Shown piece after piece: positions 37,978-48,694 of a DNA stretch of 64,000 nucleotides (positions are counted from its first letter, which is position 1; each line of letters begins with the position of its first letter). The stretch spans positions 118,665,077 through 118,729,076 of the forward strand of contig NC_068983.1 in assembly GCF_001194135.2 (NCBI RefSeq), written 5' to 3'. Origin of the DNA: Octopus bimaculoides (lineage: Eukaryota). Both the position numbers and the translations under genes were made by a program. The notes beneath the pieces were generated by a model that worked only from the letters and a program-made list of their open reading frames with translations, had not been told where the DNA came from and made no database searches.

Positions 37978-38086
37978 CCAATATGATCTCGGCTAGATCG
38001 TGGAAATCATCATCGTTACCAGTCTTACAAGGTGCTAATATAAACTTCAAACGATGCAAATGGTTTGGTTCTATTTTACTTATGAA
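37978..38086 (-). CDS. Candidate internal exon, unidentified
   Basis: Acceptor TTTTCTTGCCTGTGCCAG, donor G|GTAATC, open frame FISKIEPNHLHRLKFILAPCKTGNDDDFHDLAEIILG. No recognised family. Confidence 0.2.
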
Positions 38087-38675
38087 CTGGCACAGGCAAG
38101 AAAATCATAAAGATTTTGTGATATTTATTTAGAGTAAGCAATACACGAAATCGCATCCTGTATTCCCAAAGAGTATGAAATACCTCAGGTAAGGACCATT
38201 GCTCTACGCGATTGCTTGACCCGCTAGGAAAAGCAACCAAATCTGCTTAATATCTAACCTTTCTGTCTTATAGAGGGAAGGTCAGATTAGGTAATGTCGT
38301 CTTAGATACGTTACCATTGTGTGAGAAATATATAAAAAAGGTCATGGCAAGAGTACCCTTAAGATTCGCTGAAGCTAAACAAATGTAAAACATTTAACTG
38401 TCTTTATAGAAAATTTATTTCATCCCTTAACATTTATCACGAAAATTTTACTTAGCCATTCTTCCATCATTTAGAGTTACAACTTGCATAGTATAAATGT
38501 GGAAGCAGGTATAGCTGAGTAAAAACACGATGAAAATAGGCATTCCATAAAAGATACTTCGGGGGTAATGCAATTTCGCACCTCTCCTTGAAAAATGCAT
38601 TTAAAAAAAAAAAAAAAAATTCGGATTCCTACGTTTTAGATGTCGGAGATTATGGATATGCAAAAAAAAAAAAAA

Positions 38676-39548
38676 NNNNNNNNNNNNNNNNNNNNNNNNN
38701 NNNNNNNNNNNNNNNNNNNNNNNNNNNNNNNNNNNNNNNNNNNNNNNNNNNNNNNNNNNNNNNNNNNNNNNNNNNNNNNNNNNNNNNNNNNNNNNNNNNN
38801 NNNNNNNNNNNNNNNNNNNNNNNNNNNNNNNNNNNNNNNNNNNNNNNNNNNNNNNNNNNNNNNNNNNNNNNNNNNNNNNNNNNNNNNNNNNNNNNNNNNN
38901 NNNNNNNNNNNNNNNNNNNNNNNNNNNNNNNNNNNNNNNNNNNNNNNNNNNNNNNNNNNNNNNNNNNNNNNNNNNNNNNNNNNNNNNNNNNNNNNNNNNN
39001 NNNNNNNNNNNNNNNNNNNNNNNNNNNNNNNNNNNNNNNNNNNNNNNNNNNNNNNNNNNNNNNNNNNNNNNNNNNNNNNNNNNNNNNNNNNNNNNNNNNN
39101 NNNNNNNNNNNNNNNNNNNNNNNNNNNNNNNNNNNNNNNNNNNNNNNNNNNNNNNNNNNNNNNNNNNNNNNNNNNNNNNNNNNNNNNNNNNNNNNNNNNN
39201 NNNNNNNNNNNNNNNNNNNNNNNNNNNNNNNNNNNNNNNNNNNNNNNNNNNNNNNNNNNNNNNNNNNNNNNNNNNNNNNNNNNNNNNNNNNNNNNNNNNN
39301 NNNNNNNNNNNNNNNNNNNNNNNNNNNNNNNNNNNNNNNNNNNNNNNNNNNNNNNNNNNNNNNNNNNNNNNNNNNNNNNNNNNNNNNNNNNNNNNNNNNN
39401 NNNNNNNNNNNNNNNNNNNNNNNNNNNNNNNNNNNNNNNNNNNNNNNNNNNNNNNNNNNNNNNNNNNNNNNNNNNNNNNNNNNNNNNNNNNNNNNNNNNN
39501 NNNNNNNNNNNNNNNNNNNNNNNNNNNNNNNNNNNNNNNNNNNNNNNN
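38676..39548. other. Largest assembly gap (others: 3642-4092, 8703-8823, 15264-15516, 27382-27391, 33521-33632, 35149-35201, 43736-44131, 49097-49350, 52429-53095, 54206-54893, 59582-59591, 60593-60835)
   Basis: N-runs, mostly flanked by microsatellites or poly-A. Confidence 0.99.
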
Positions 39549-39549
39549 A

Positions 39550-39581
<32 letters not shown>

Positions 39582-40239
39582 TTGTTTTGATATTTGTAAA
39601 ACAGTACATGAGAAGTTTAAAGTAAATTGGCAAGAACCACAGTAATGGTGAGTATCACTTAACATCAACATCATAAAGTATCTAATAGCAAATGAACTAC
39701 GGCACCGCTGCAGATATATTTGCAAGAGACTGTCTGAAGCGCTAAATATGAGTTTAATTTGAAATGGATATTCTATCGTCCTTGAAAGAATAACAAAAAA
39801 CCCGAGAGCACTAAGCTATGTAGTTATCTGTAGAAAGTAAGATTCCTTGTCAGCTATTTTAGAAACAGCCAGTCCGATATACTTGGAGGTGGAGGGGTAT
39901 TGGCTTGTTAAAAAAAAAGTCTTATAATTCACTTGTAAGCTGCTAACGAACAATTTCATTTGGTAAATATTCTCAATAACTATATATATATATATATTTT
40001 AGTAAAATTCCAAACGATCAATAGACATTGGTTTTTAAAAACAAATAATGGATGTTCTTTCGCATCTTTTTTTTCTATCAGATATTAAACAAATAAGAGA
40101 TGGAAAAAAGTATGGCGAAATAATTAGGAATATTTGATAGTCTGGCCTTGTTGGATTCTTACAACGTCTGAACGGTATCGTCTCGTATTTCCTTTCTCCA
40201 ATTCTTTGCCCGTCTGTCTTTCCACAGCAGATTCTACCT

Positions 40240-40270
<31 letters not shown>

Positions 40271-42659
40271 CTTAAACCATCCCAATCCTAACTCTTTCTC
40301 GTCGTAGCAAACTGAACGCCCCCTCTAACACACTTTCTTTTTTATCTGCAGTCTCAACATCAGCCAGCCACCCATGAAAAGTTGTGTTCACTGACCTTTA
40401 GCGACGCCGACGATGCCGGGCACGTTGCTTTAGTGTCGTGTAAGCCTATCCTTCACCCAAATAGTGGGTCTGTGAAGACAACTAGTGCCGGGAGATTCAT
40501 TCCTAATTCGAAGAATCTATCCTCGCCCCTCTCTACATACCCTTTAGAAAAAACAAAAGTAAAAGGAAAAAAAAGTCTAGCCCCTCACTCTTTTTCATGC
40601 GAAGCACCGGTGAACTTTTTAACCATGTGTATATATTAATATACTATGTGACATGATGCGCTCGCTTTTACCGCCATTCACCACTCACAATATATACAAA
40701 TATTTTGCTTATCCTATTTTATCTGTTTCTGCTAACACTGTGGTTGCTGGTTAAACGATAACAAAATGAAATCGGAGGCTCGAGGTAATGGTGTAAAGGA
40801 AGGAGGGGTCGAAGCTGGTGAGAACCGTAAATGGAGGGAGGAGAAGGGAGTTATCATTGCGGACAGACAGCGACTTTGAGCTACTTAGACTCACTGACAG
40901 ATGTAGAAATCCACGTGTTTTATTATTTTTAGTTATTTTTATTTTACTTTTGTAGCACTAAAGATATCTCGACCTTATAACGAGATAGGAAGGGGACATT
41001 TCAAGCATTCAATACATTCATAACGCTTACACATCTATAACCTAGATGAATAAATAAGATTTAGATTAGCTTATAGACAGAAATAGATATCTAGAGAACG
41101 ACGACTGTTTTTTCATAAGAAACTTGCAATATTTAACGCCTGTATCAATATTGAGAAACATGAAACGAATTAAGATCAAACTTAAAATGTAGGATATTAA
41201 CATGCCTCATTTCTTGTTTCGGATGAGATAACCAAGAATTTATGGCCTCCTAAAAATATTTATCACTAAAATAGTATTAAAGCAATTTTTTCCCCCTTTA
41301 TTTAAAAACAATAAATAAATAAAATTGAGTGCAACAACAGTGACGAGGAAGTTTTCGGGCGTGCCATTTCGGAATAACTCAAAAGATATTTACTACTACT
41401 ACTTGCAAAACGTGACAAAAATATTAAAACAATATTTACTTTAACCATATCACATAAATGAAATTGTATCATATATGCACTGCACTCGAAATGTTGAGTT
41501 CATTCTAAGATACGTTTTGGAAGTGGGTATAAGGTGGTGGTGGGACACTCTAGAAAGTTTGTGCAATCTAATCAAAAGTTAGATTACCTAATGACAAAGA
41601 CCGAAGATAAATTACGAAGTAGTTAGTTAAGTAAAAACTATAACGTTACATTCATCAATGGTTGCGTAATATTGGTCTGAAAGAAGTGCAACACCATAGA
41701 AAATCAGTTGGATATTAAATAAAATGTCACTGTAATTTTACGCCTGCCTTATTTTTTAATTTCACTTTTATTTATGTATCAAACACACGGCGAATGTGGT
41801 AGACAGTCTGGCGAAAGCTCGTGTGGAGAGCGAACAATCGCAGCGTGTCGGTTTCGATTCTCTCGAGTAGTCATTCCATTTCACTGCGTTTCTTAAAAAA
41901 CAGCATAAACAGTCCATATTTCTAATTTTTAATAAATTCATGCCAGAAAGTTTTATTTTCGTATATAACATGAACATAAAAAGAACATCATTTTATAAGA
42001 TTTTGGTTGCAAATTCTTAAATTAACAAACATTTATTTACATGAAAGAAAATTACCGAAGAAATTTCTTCTAATTCTTCCAAATATTTCTGTTAAAACTG
42101 TATTGAAACCATTTGTAGGGAATTTAAAAAAAATAAATGTGAAGTCTAATTTCTCTCTCTCTCTCTCACTCAATTACAGACATTTACAAGCACACACATA
42201 TACAATTCTCTGACTAACGATTCATTTCTATATCAAATTATTACATTATATCCACCTTTCTGTGTAGCATTTGGACAGAAATCACTGACTATTCCGACGG
42301 GCACTCACAGCAACAGATTGTCATCCATAGAGCTGATTCAGGCGGAATTAATTCTAGAATATATCTATGCACCTTGCACATTTATCACATTTCATAACTC
42401 AGCAGTCTAAGTGATTGTATGACAAGAACAAGTCTGCAGGATTTGATAAAAAAAAATTATATTTATTTAGCAATTATGCATTTAGATGGTGCATGGTCTA
42501 TAACAAATCGATTCACCTCTCTGCTATTTAATTCCTTGTTAAATCATCATCCGCATCGCTCCACACCTCTAGTGACTGTGTTGTTTGTGTTGAACACTCA
42601 CTCGCCAGTTTGCTTCTCTTGTCTAGTCAGTCATCTTTCCTATGTCAGTTACTTGCCTT

Positions 42660-42730
42660 GCTCGCGAAATTTTTTTTCCCCACGAGAGTTCCGGACCCCA
42701 GTTTTGAACTCATTTGCATACAGCCAATCA
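42660..42730 (-). promoter_or_regulatory. Promoter-like motif cluster (E2F-like, ETS-like, octamer, CCAAT)
   Basis: CTCGCGAAA (42661-42669), TTCCGG (42689-42694), ATTTGCAT (42712-42719) and CAGCCAATCAG (42721-42731) within 70 bp of CpG-retaining unique sequence. A minus-strand donor A|GTGAGT lies at 42602. Confidence 0.4.
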
Positions 42731-43425
42731 GAGCTCTACTATCAAACTAATTTATGAGCACATAACAAGTGATGGGCGATAAGATAAAGTCGCTTAGGTA
42801 AGGAATTACCATGCTTCTTTTCTCTTTTGATAATGCTTGTTGTTTTAGTTCTTGTTTGAACAATGGCTGTCTCTGTTTAGTTATTTGTGTTGTTGACTTT
42901 GTTAAACAGTAAATTGCTAGCACATCACCCTCTACCCACATTTTTCCCATCCACATCTTCATCATATGGGGCTCTAACAAAATCCGATAGTAAGTATAAA
43001 TGCAAATCTATCTAATTACTTGTCTCCTTCTAAAATCAGGCATAACTTGGTGGTAGGTTGACTTACAACACCGTTCTTCGACTTAAGTTTGCTTCGTAGA
43101 GTGTGTTTGATAACTTGATATGATCAAGGTGGGCTCTGATTGACTGTATGCAAATGGGTTCATTACTGGTGTCCGGAACTCTTGTGGGAAAAGAAAATTT
43201 CGTACCCCGCCCCGTATTTCCAGTTCAATAAAAATAATATATACAGTGGGGTACTCGTATGTAAACAGTTCTCTAAAACGAACGAATTGGATAACGAACG
43301 GTTTTTCTACAGAAAATTAAACATATAACAAGCTCAATGAAAAAATCAAAACTACACATGCGAATAACTGTTAGCATCGCATATACGAGCAGCATGCTAA
43401 ATGAACAAGTAAAATGTATAGGTCA

Positions 43426-43499
43426 GGCAGTTTGGCTTAAATGGTAAAGCATTCTAACCGGATATTAGAGGGATGTGAGTTCGATCCTCATGGCTGGCT
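43426..43499 (+). tRNA. tRNA-like pseudogene / SINE head
   Basis: A box TGGCTTAAATGG, D stem GCTT/AAGC, anticodon stem TCTAA/TTAGA, T arm GTGAG-TTCGATC-CTCAT, acceptor stem 6/7 paired. The loop CCGGATA is non-canonical and there is one extra base at position 26. Confidence 0.4.
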
Positions 43500-43520
43500 G
43501 CCGACAAAATTTTTTCTAAT

Positions 43521-43685
43521 AGGCGTAGGAGTGGCTGTGTGGTAAGTAGCTTGCTTACCAACCACATGGTTCCGGGTTCATTCTCACTGCGTGGCACCTT
43601 GGGCAAGTGTCTTCTACTATAGCCTCGGGCCGACCAAAAGCTTGTGAGTGGATTTGGTAGACGGAAACTGAAAGAAGCCCGTCGA

Positions 43686-43735
<50 letters not shown>
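43521..43735 (+). mobile_element. SINE family A, young 5' half (runs into gap)
   Basis: Nearly identical to 26658-26820; CpGs retained. Confidence 0.88.
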
Positions 43736-44532
43736 NNNNNNNNNNNNNNNNNNNNNNNNNNNNNNNNNNNNNNNNNNNNNNNNNNNNNNNNNNNNNNNNN
43801 NNNNNNNNNNNNNNNNNNNNNNNNNNNNNNNNNNNNNNNNNNNNNNNNNNNNNNNNNNNNNNNNNNNNNNNNNNNNNNNNNNNNNNNNNNNNNNNNNNNN
43901 NNNNNNNNNNNNNNNNNNNNNNNNNNNNNNNNNNNNNNNNNNNNNNNNNNNNNNNNNNNNNNNNNNNNNNNNNNNNNNNNNNNNNNNNNNNNNNNNNNNN
44001 NNNNNNNNNNNNNNNNNNNNNNNNNNNNNNNNNNNNNNNNNNNNNNNNNNNNNNNNNNNNNNNNNNNNNNNNNNNNNNNNNNNNNNNNNNNNNNNNNNNN
44101 NNNNNNNNNNNNNNNNNNNNNNNNNNNNNNNTGAATTAGAATCACAGGTAGACGACGAGCACATATAAGTGGCTAAGAAACCACATATAAACAGTTCGTC
44201 AACGTCCATGTACACATTTCATGTAGCTTGCAGGCTTTCATATTTTATATAGGAAATATTAATACTTTTCATATTTTTTGTCCCAAAACACAAATATCGG
44301 TAGATGCAAGACATATAAGTTTATACCTATGTATGTAACCACGTGTGTATCTTTGTCGATTTTCTTCCTCCGTCTTCCCTTCTTTTGGACTTTCCTCTAT
44401 TTCTGAAGAAGAGCTTTGCTCGAAACGTTAAAACCTCTTTCTTTCCTTTCCTGAGCGTCTGATAATACAGTACTTGTACCATGTCCACGCGTTGTATTTT
44501 CTTGTTTGTTCTTCTTTGTTTGGATTCCCTAT

Positions 44533-44564
<32 letters not shown>

Positions 44565-44711
44565 GTGTGTGTATGAAACGCGCGTAGTCTATGTACTAGC
44601 ACTAACTTTTTACATTTATACTTCCATACTGTATATTATCGTATTAATTTTTACTGTCCAATTTATAAATTTGACTTTAAAATTTTTTAAAATTAATATT
44701 TCTATGATTTA

Positions 44712-44890
44712 TATGATTTATTAAGCTGCTGTTATTCATAGAGGACCAACACCTAGAGCAGGCCATTATACCACACTGATTAAAACTGGAGATGATATTT
44801 GGGATGAAATCAGTGACAACATCATTACAAAAAGACATACTAAATTTCCCCCCTAATTGGCTGACATTGTTTTACTTACGGAAAAAATGT
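44712..44890 (+). pseudogene. Ubiquitin-specific protease (peptidase C19) His-box remnant
   Basis: YDL, frameshift, then AAVIHRGPTPRAGHYTTLIKTGDDIWDEISDNIITKRHTKFPP, frameshift, then NWLTLFYLRKK. This matches the Y.L.AV..H.G....GHY..W...D..LFY.R pattern. Confidence 0.7.
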
Positions 44891-45810
44891 AAAAAAATTA
44901 AAAAACAAAATTCAGTGGAATTGTAACTAAAAATTAAATTTAAGACGTAGATCGTATGATTGATTAATGATTATTTAGGAACAAAATTCATAAATAAAAA
45001 AAAGATTAACAAGAACATTTTCTTAAATTTGGAAATTAAAAATGATGTTTTTGGTTTATAAAATGGTTTTAATTTATGAAAAACCAAATATTTACATAAA
45101 ATTGAAGGTACAATAATAGTCATTTTTTTATTGCAAAATTAGGTTACTTAAGGTGAGTCTGGTAACTGATGGTTTTGGGGTCTTGTTGCTTGTAACCTTT
45201 GGTGAGCCATGGTGCAACCAACAACATAGTAAAAATCCCTGCCATTAATTTGGTGTGGATGGGTAATATCAAATAATTCAATCACAACATATATTTAAAT
45301 TAAACATGAAAAAAATTGAAATATCATCACTTACATGGAAAAATTGAAATGTTATATTTCGGTATTTTATAAGGTTAAATCTTAAATTATTAATTGACAC
45401 GTTATTAATTATCTTATAACAGCAATGCCTGGAAAAATCATGGATTACATGGAAAAATGCAAGCATGAAAAGTAATATTCTTAAGATTATAAACCAGGAA
45501 ATAACACTAATTTAAGTAGAATTTGGCTAATGTACTACCTTAGATACAGAAAAGGGTGACTAATTAGACAAATTTACAAATTAGCTGAACAGTTTTGTAC
45601 AATAAATTTAAAAGATGAGAACTGTAAAGAGTGATAAATCAGAAGAACTGGCATTCTTTGCTGCAATATTTTAAGTAAAAAGTTTCTTATTCTTTACTTT
45701 ACTAGAAGTAATAGTTTGTCCTATACTTTTCCAGGTGTAATAACTTGTCCTGTACTTTTCCAGGTTTATAATCTTAAGAATATTACTTTTCATGCTCGCA
45801 TTTTCCCTTG

Positions 45811-45851
<41 letters not shown>

Positions 45852-46779
45852 AACGTATATCGCTGTTAAGTTTCCTATCACCTATCTACATTAAGTATGA
45901 TATATAAATGGTTATTTTATTCTAATACTGTGTCTGCTGCATATAAACATAAAATAGATTTTGATCACATACACACGTTCACATACACACTCGGAGACAC
46001 ACATACACACGGATGCAACCCCACCCACCACCGCGCACACACACGGACATAAGCATACATGACCTGTCAGAAAGCTGAGCAGTAGAATTTTCGTCAAATG
46101 TATTTATTGTTGACACATAAGAAACGTGGAGGACGGAGTATTCGGCACTTTTCTAATGACCCAATAAACGTTATGGGATATTTTAATTCGTCATAAAATA
46201 CGTATGCTCATAAACTTCCAAGTTAATTTTGCTTTGTGGAAACATTTTCTCTCTTTCTCTCCAGACCATTGACTACAGTTAAATTCACAAGAACATGTCG
46301 GTGAGTGAATTGAAATTACATTAGAATATATGTCATATTAAAAGTATGTATGAACATCAACCACACACATACATTATGTGTAAAAAGCATTCGCTTGAAT
46401 AAAATAACCTTTCCCATTTTTTAAATTCATTTTTTTTTTTCGTAAAGGCAGGGATTATATAGCGAAACGAATCGACGTAATTATTGGTAATGTATACAGC
46501 AGGAGTAACATGCACGGTAGACCCTTTGCGAGACGAGAAGAAAATTTAATGCTGAGAACGTGAGGTACTGATGTGAGGATACAAAAGCATTTAATCCCTG
46601 GTTCTACATTAGACATAACATTAAAACTGTTCATCAGAAAATCAAAACTGTGTTGTCAGGTCCCAAACTGAGGAGTTTATCATGACTCTAAATGACGCAT
46701 GCCAACCTATACAGACATACAGACAGACATACAGACAGACATACAGACATGCGTACGAACGAAATGATCCCAGTATTTG

Positions 46780-47040
46780 TGCATTTAGAGCTTGGTACTT
46801 ATTCTGTCAGTTTGTTTTGCCGAATCGTTAAGTTACGAAGATGTAAACCGGTTGTCAAACAGAGGTGGAGGACAAGCACATACACAAGTGCGCTCGCTTC
46901 TTTCAGTTTCCATCTACCAAATCAACTTAGAAGGCTTCGGTCGACCCGGAACTATAGTAGAAGACACTTGCCCATCGTTCCACGCGGAGGGACTGAACCC
47001 GGAACCATGTGGTTGGGAAGCAAACTTCTTATCACACAGC
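46780..47040 (-). mobile_element. SINE family A
   Basis: Reverse complement of the family consensus. Confidence 0.7.
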
Positions 47041-47139
47041 CAGGCTTCACACATTTCTTGTAAGTGTCATATACACTCATACAAAACTCGTGTGTTGCCC
47101 ATAACCTAATGTCAAAGTAGGTTGAACTTATTATTTTAT

Positions 47140-47357
47140 TGGTTTCAAATTTTGGCACAAGGCCAGCAAGTTCAGGGGAGCAGAATAATTTGATTACATT
47201 GACCCCTGTGCTCAACTGGAAACTATTTTATCGACTCCGAAAGTGATGAAAGGTAAAGTCGACCTCGGCAGAATTTGGACTCAGAACATAAAGACGGACA
47301 AAATGCCGTTAAGCATTTTGCCCGGCGTGCAAACGATTCTGCCAGTTCACCGCCTTA
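47140..47357 (-). mobile_element. SINE family C with Nin/Deu-domain-like central region
   Basis: The reverse complement gives a tRNA-like head plus GCCGAGGTCGACTTTACCTTTCATCACTTTCGGAGTCGATAAAATAG, resembling from memory the CCTTTCATCCTT..GGTCGATAAAAT.AGTACC Deu/Nin core. Copies at ~1-140, 190-300, 1225-1325, 12270-12485, 22190-22300, 23743-23965(+) and 57085-57310. Confidence 0.75.
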
Positions 47358-47407
47358 TACTTATTTCATTTACTGACATAGTTCAAATTGTACAAATTCT
47401 TCTATAC

Positions 47408-47733
47408 CAGGGGATTTTCAACCGTTGTCCATTTTGTTTTTGGTGGGGCGGGGGAAGCCCACGCAAGCAACATAAAAAATGGACTCACAGTTATATTAAG
47501 GGTCCATGGAAAAATTTTTCTTTCGTGTATTTATTGTAAGAAACAACTAGATTTATTTCTCTAATGCTTTACATAGTTCAACCTACACAAGTTAATGTGT
47601 AAAAAACAAAAGGGGAATTTTGAAAGAAGTATCTATAAAACTAATTTTTAAATATCGAATGGCTGTGGGGGTCCACCATAGTAAAGTAGTAATGAACAGG
47701 GTCCCATAGGTAAAGGGCGGTTAAAAACCACTG
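47408..47733. mobile_element. hAT-like MITE, CAG termini, 8-bp TSD
   Basis: CAGGGGATTTTCAACC ... GGTTAAAAACCACTG; flanks TTCTATAC / CTCTATAC. The internal CTACACAAGTTAATGTG block is shared with ~50895-51250 and ~61140-61420. Confidence 0.8.
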
Positions 47734-47744
47734 CTCTATACAGA

Positions 47745-48060
47745 AGTAGTGTCCAACAAAATCTCCGCCACAAGTGAGTGATGCATTTGCGCCATCGTTG
47801 TTTCTTATTCACAAATCTTCGAAAAAATTCAGATTTGCACATTCGTTTTTACTTCGTCTTGTGTCATCAAATCGTTGTCCCCGATAACAGTCCTTAATTG
47901 GACCGAAAAAGTGGGAGTTGGAAGGTGCCTAGATCAGGGTTGGAACCCTGACTAGCCCAATTTACGGTTTGCTTGATTTGTTGTCAAGATGTGTGTGGTC
48001 ACGGGATTGTCATGGTGATTCTAGTCGTTTTCTTCCTCTTAATCTTTTATAGCTTCTCTT
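47745..48060 (-). mobile_element. Degraded mariner C-terminal remnant
   Basis: Across frameshifts: PDL..PSNSHFFGP..RFDDT..EVK..QRWRKCIT..GGDFV, resembling the SPDLAPSDFHLF and RWEKCI..GDYV motifs. Confidence 0.65.
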
Positions 48061-48094
48061 AGCTTTTTGAGTCTGTGTGTCTGTCTCTCTTTCT

Positions 48095-48625
48095 CTCTGG
48101 CAGGTCGTCCACAAACCGAAACGAGGAGTCGATTGAGAAAGTCCGGCGAATAGTCATGGAAAACAGTCATGTAATAAATAGTCCAAGAAATTGCTCACGA
48201 AGTGGGAATAAGCATAGGATCAGTGTATTTCATGTTAACGGAGGATTTGTGCATGCGGAGAGTGCTGGCGAAATTCGTTTGCTGGCACAGTAACAGAAGC
48301 AACTCCGCATGGAAACCATTCAGGACATGCTGGACTTTGCAAACCACAACCCAAACTTCACGAAGACCATCATCACTGGTGATGAGACGTGGTCTTATGG
48401 TTTCTGCTCGATGCGTTCGGTCATGTGCGAAAACGAAAATCCGACGAGCACGCACTACACGTTTGCACTCTAGGCAAAGAAGCAGGGAACTGATGCGGCC
48501 TACCAGCGGGAAAATTTTCACATATACGCAGGACCGATGACGTCACCTACCACCCAAAGGATTTTTCCCACGCGGTATTAGTTTAGGCGGGAAAAATAAA
48601 GTCGGATACTTTTTGAACAAACCTC
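48095..48625 (+). mobile_element. Mariner remnant (HTH to first catalytic Asp, plus 3' TIR), internally deleted
   Basis: GR..STNRNEESIEKVRRIVMEN..GISIGSV..LTEDLCMRRVLAKF..DMLDFANHNPNFTKTIITGDETWSYG. The TIR-like end AGTCGGATACTTTTTGAACAAACCTC is at ~48600-48625. Confidence 0.85.
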
Positions 48626-48694
48626 ACACATTTTTATGTATATATGAACACACATACGCACACGCGTATATTATATATACAGATATACTTTTTT

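Noticed and set aside
38588-39725. Long ORFs (250-370 aa) in the track here and at 43.4-44.2, 52.3-53.2, 54.2-55.0 and 60.5-60.9 kb
   Set aside because: They are open only because they read through N-runs.
41768-41977. CpG-rich minus-strand ORF (..KWNDYSRESKPTRCDC..)
   Set aside because: No usable donor and no recognisable domain; may be regulatory or a repeat fragment.
42712-42719. snRNA gene suggested by the octamer motif
   Set aside because: No U-snRNA sequence, Sm site or PSE is recognisable nearby.
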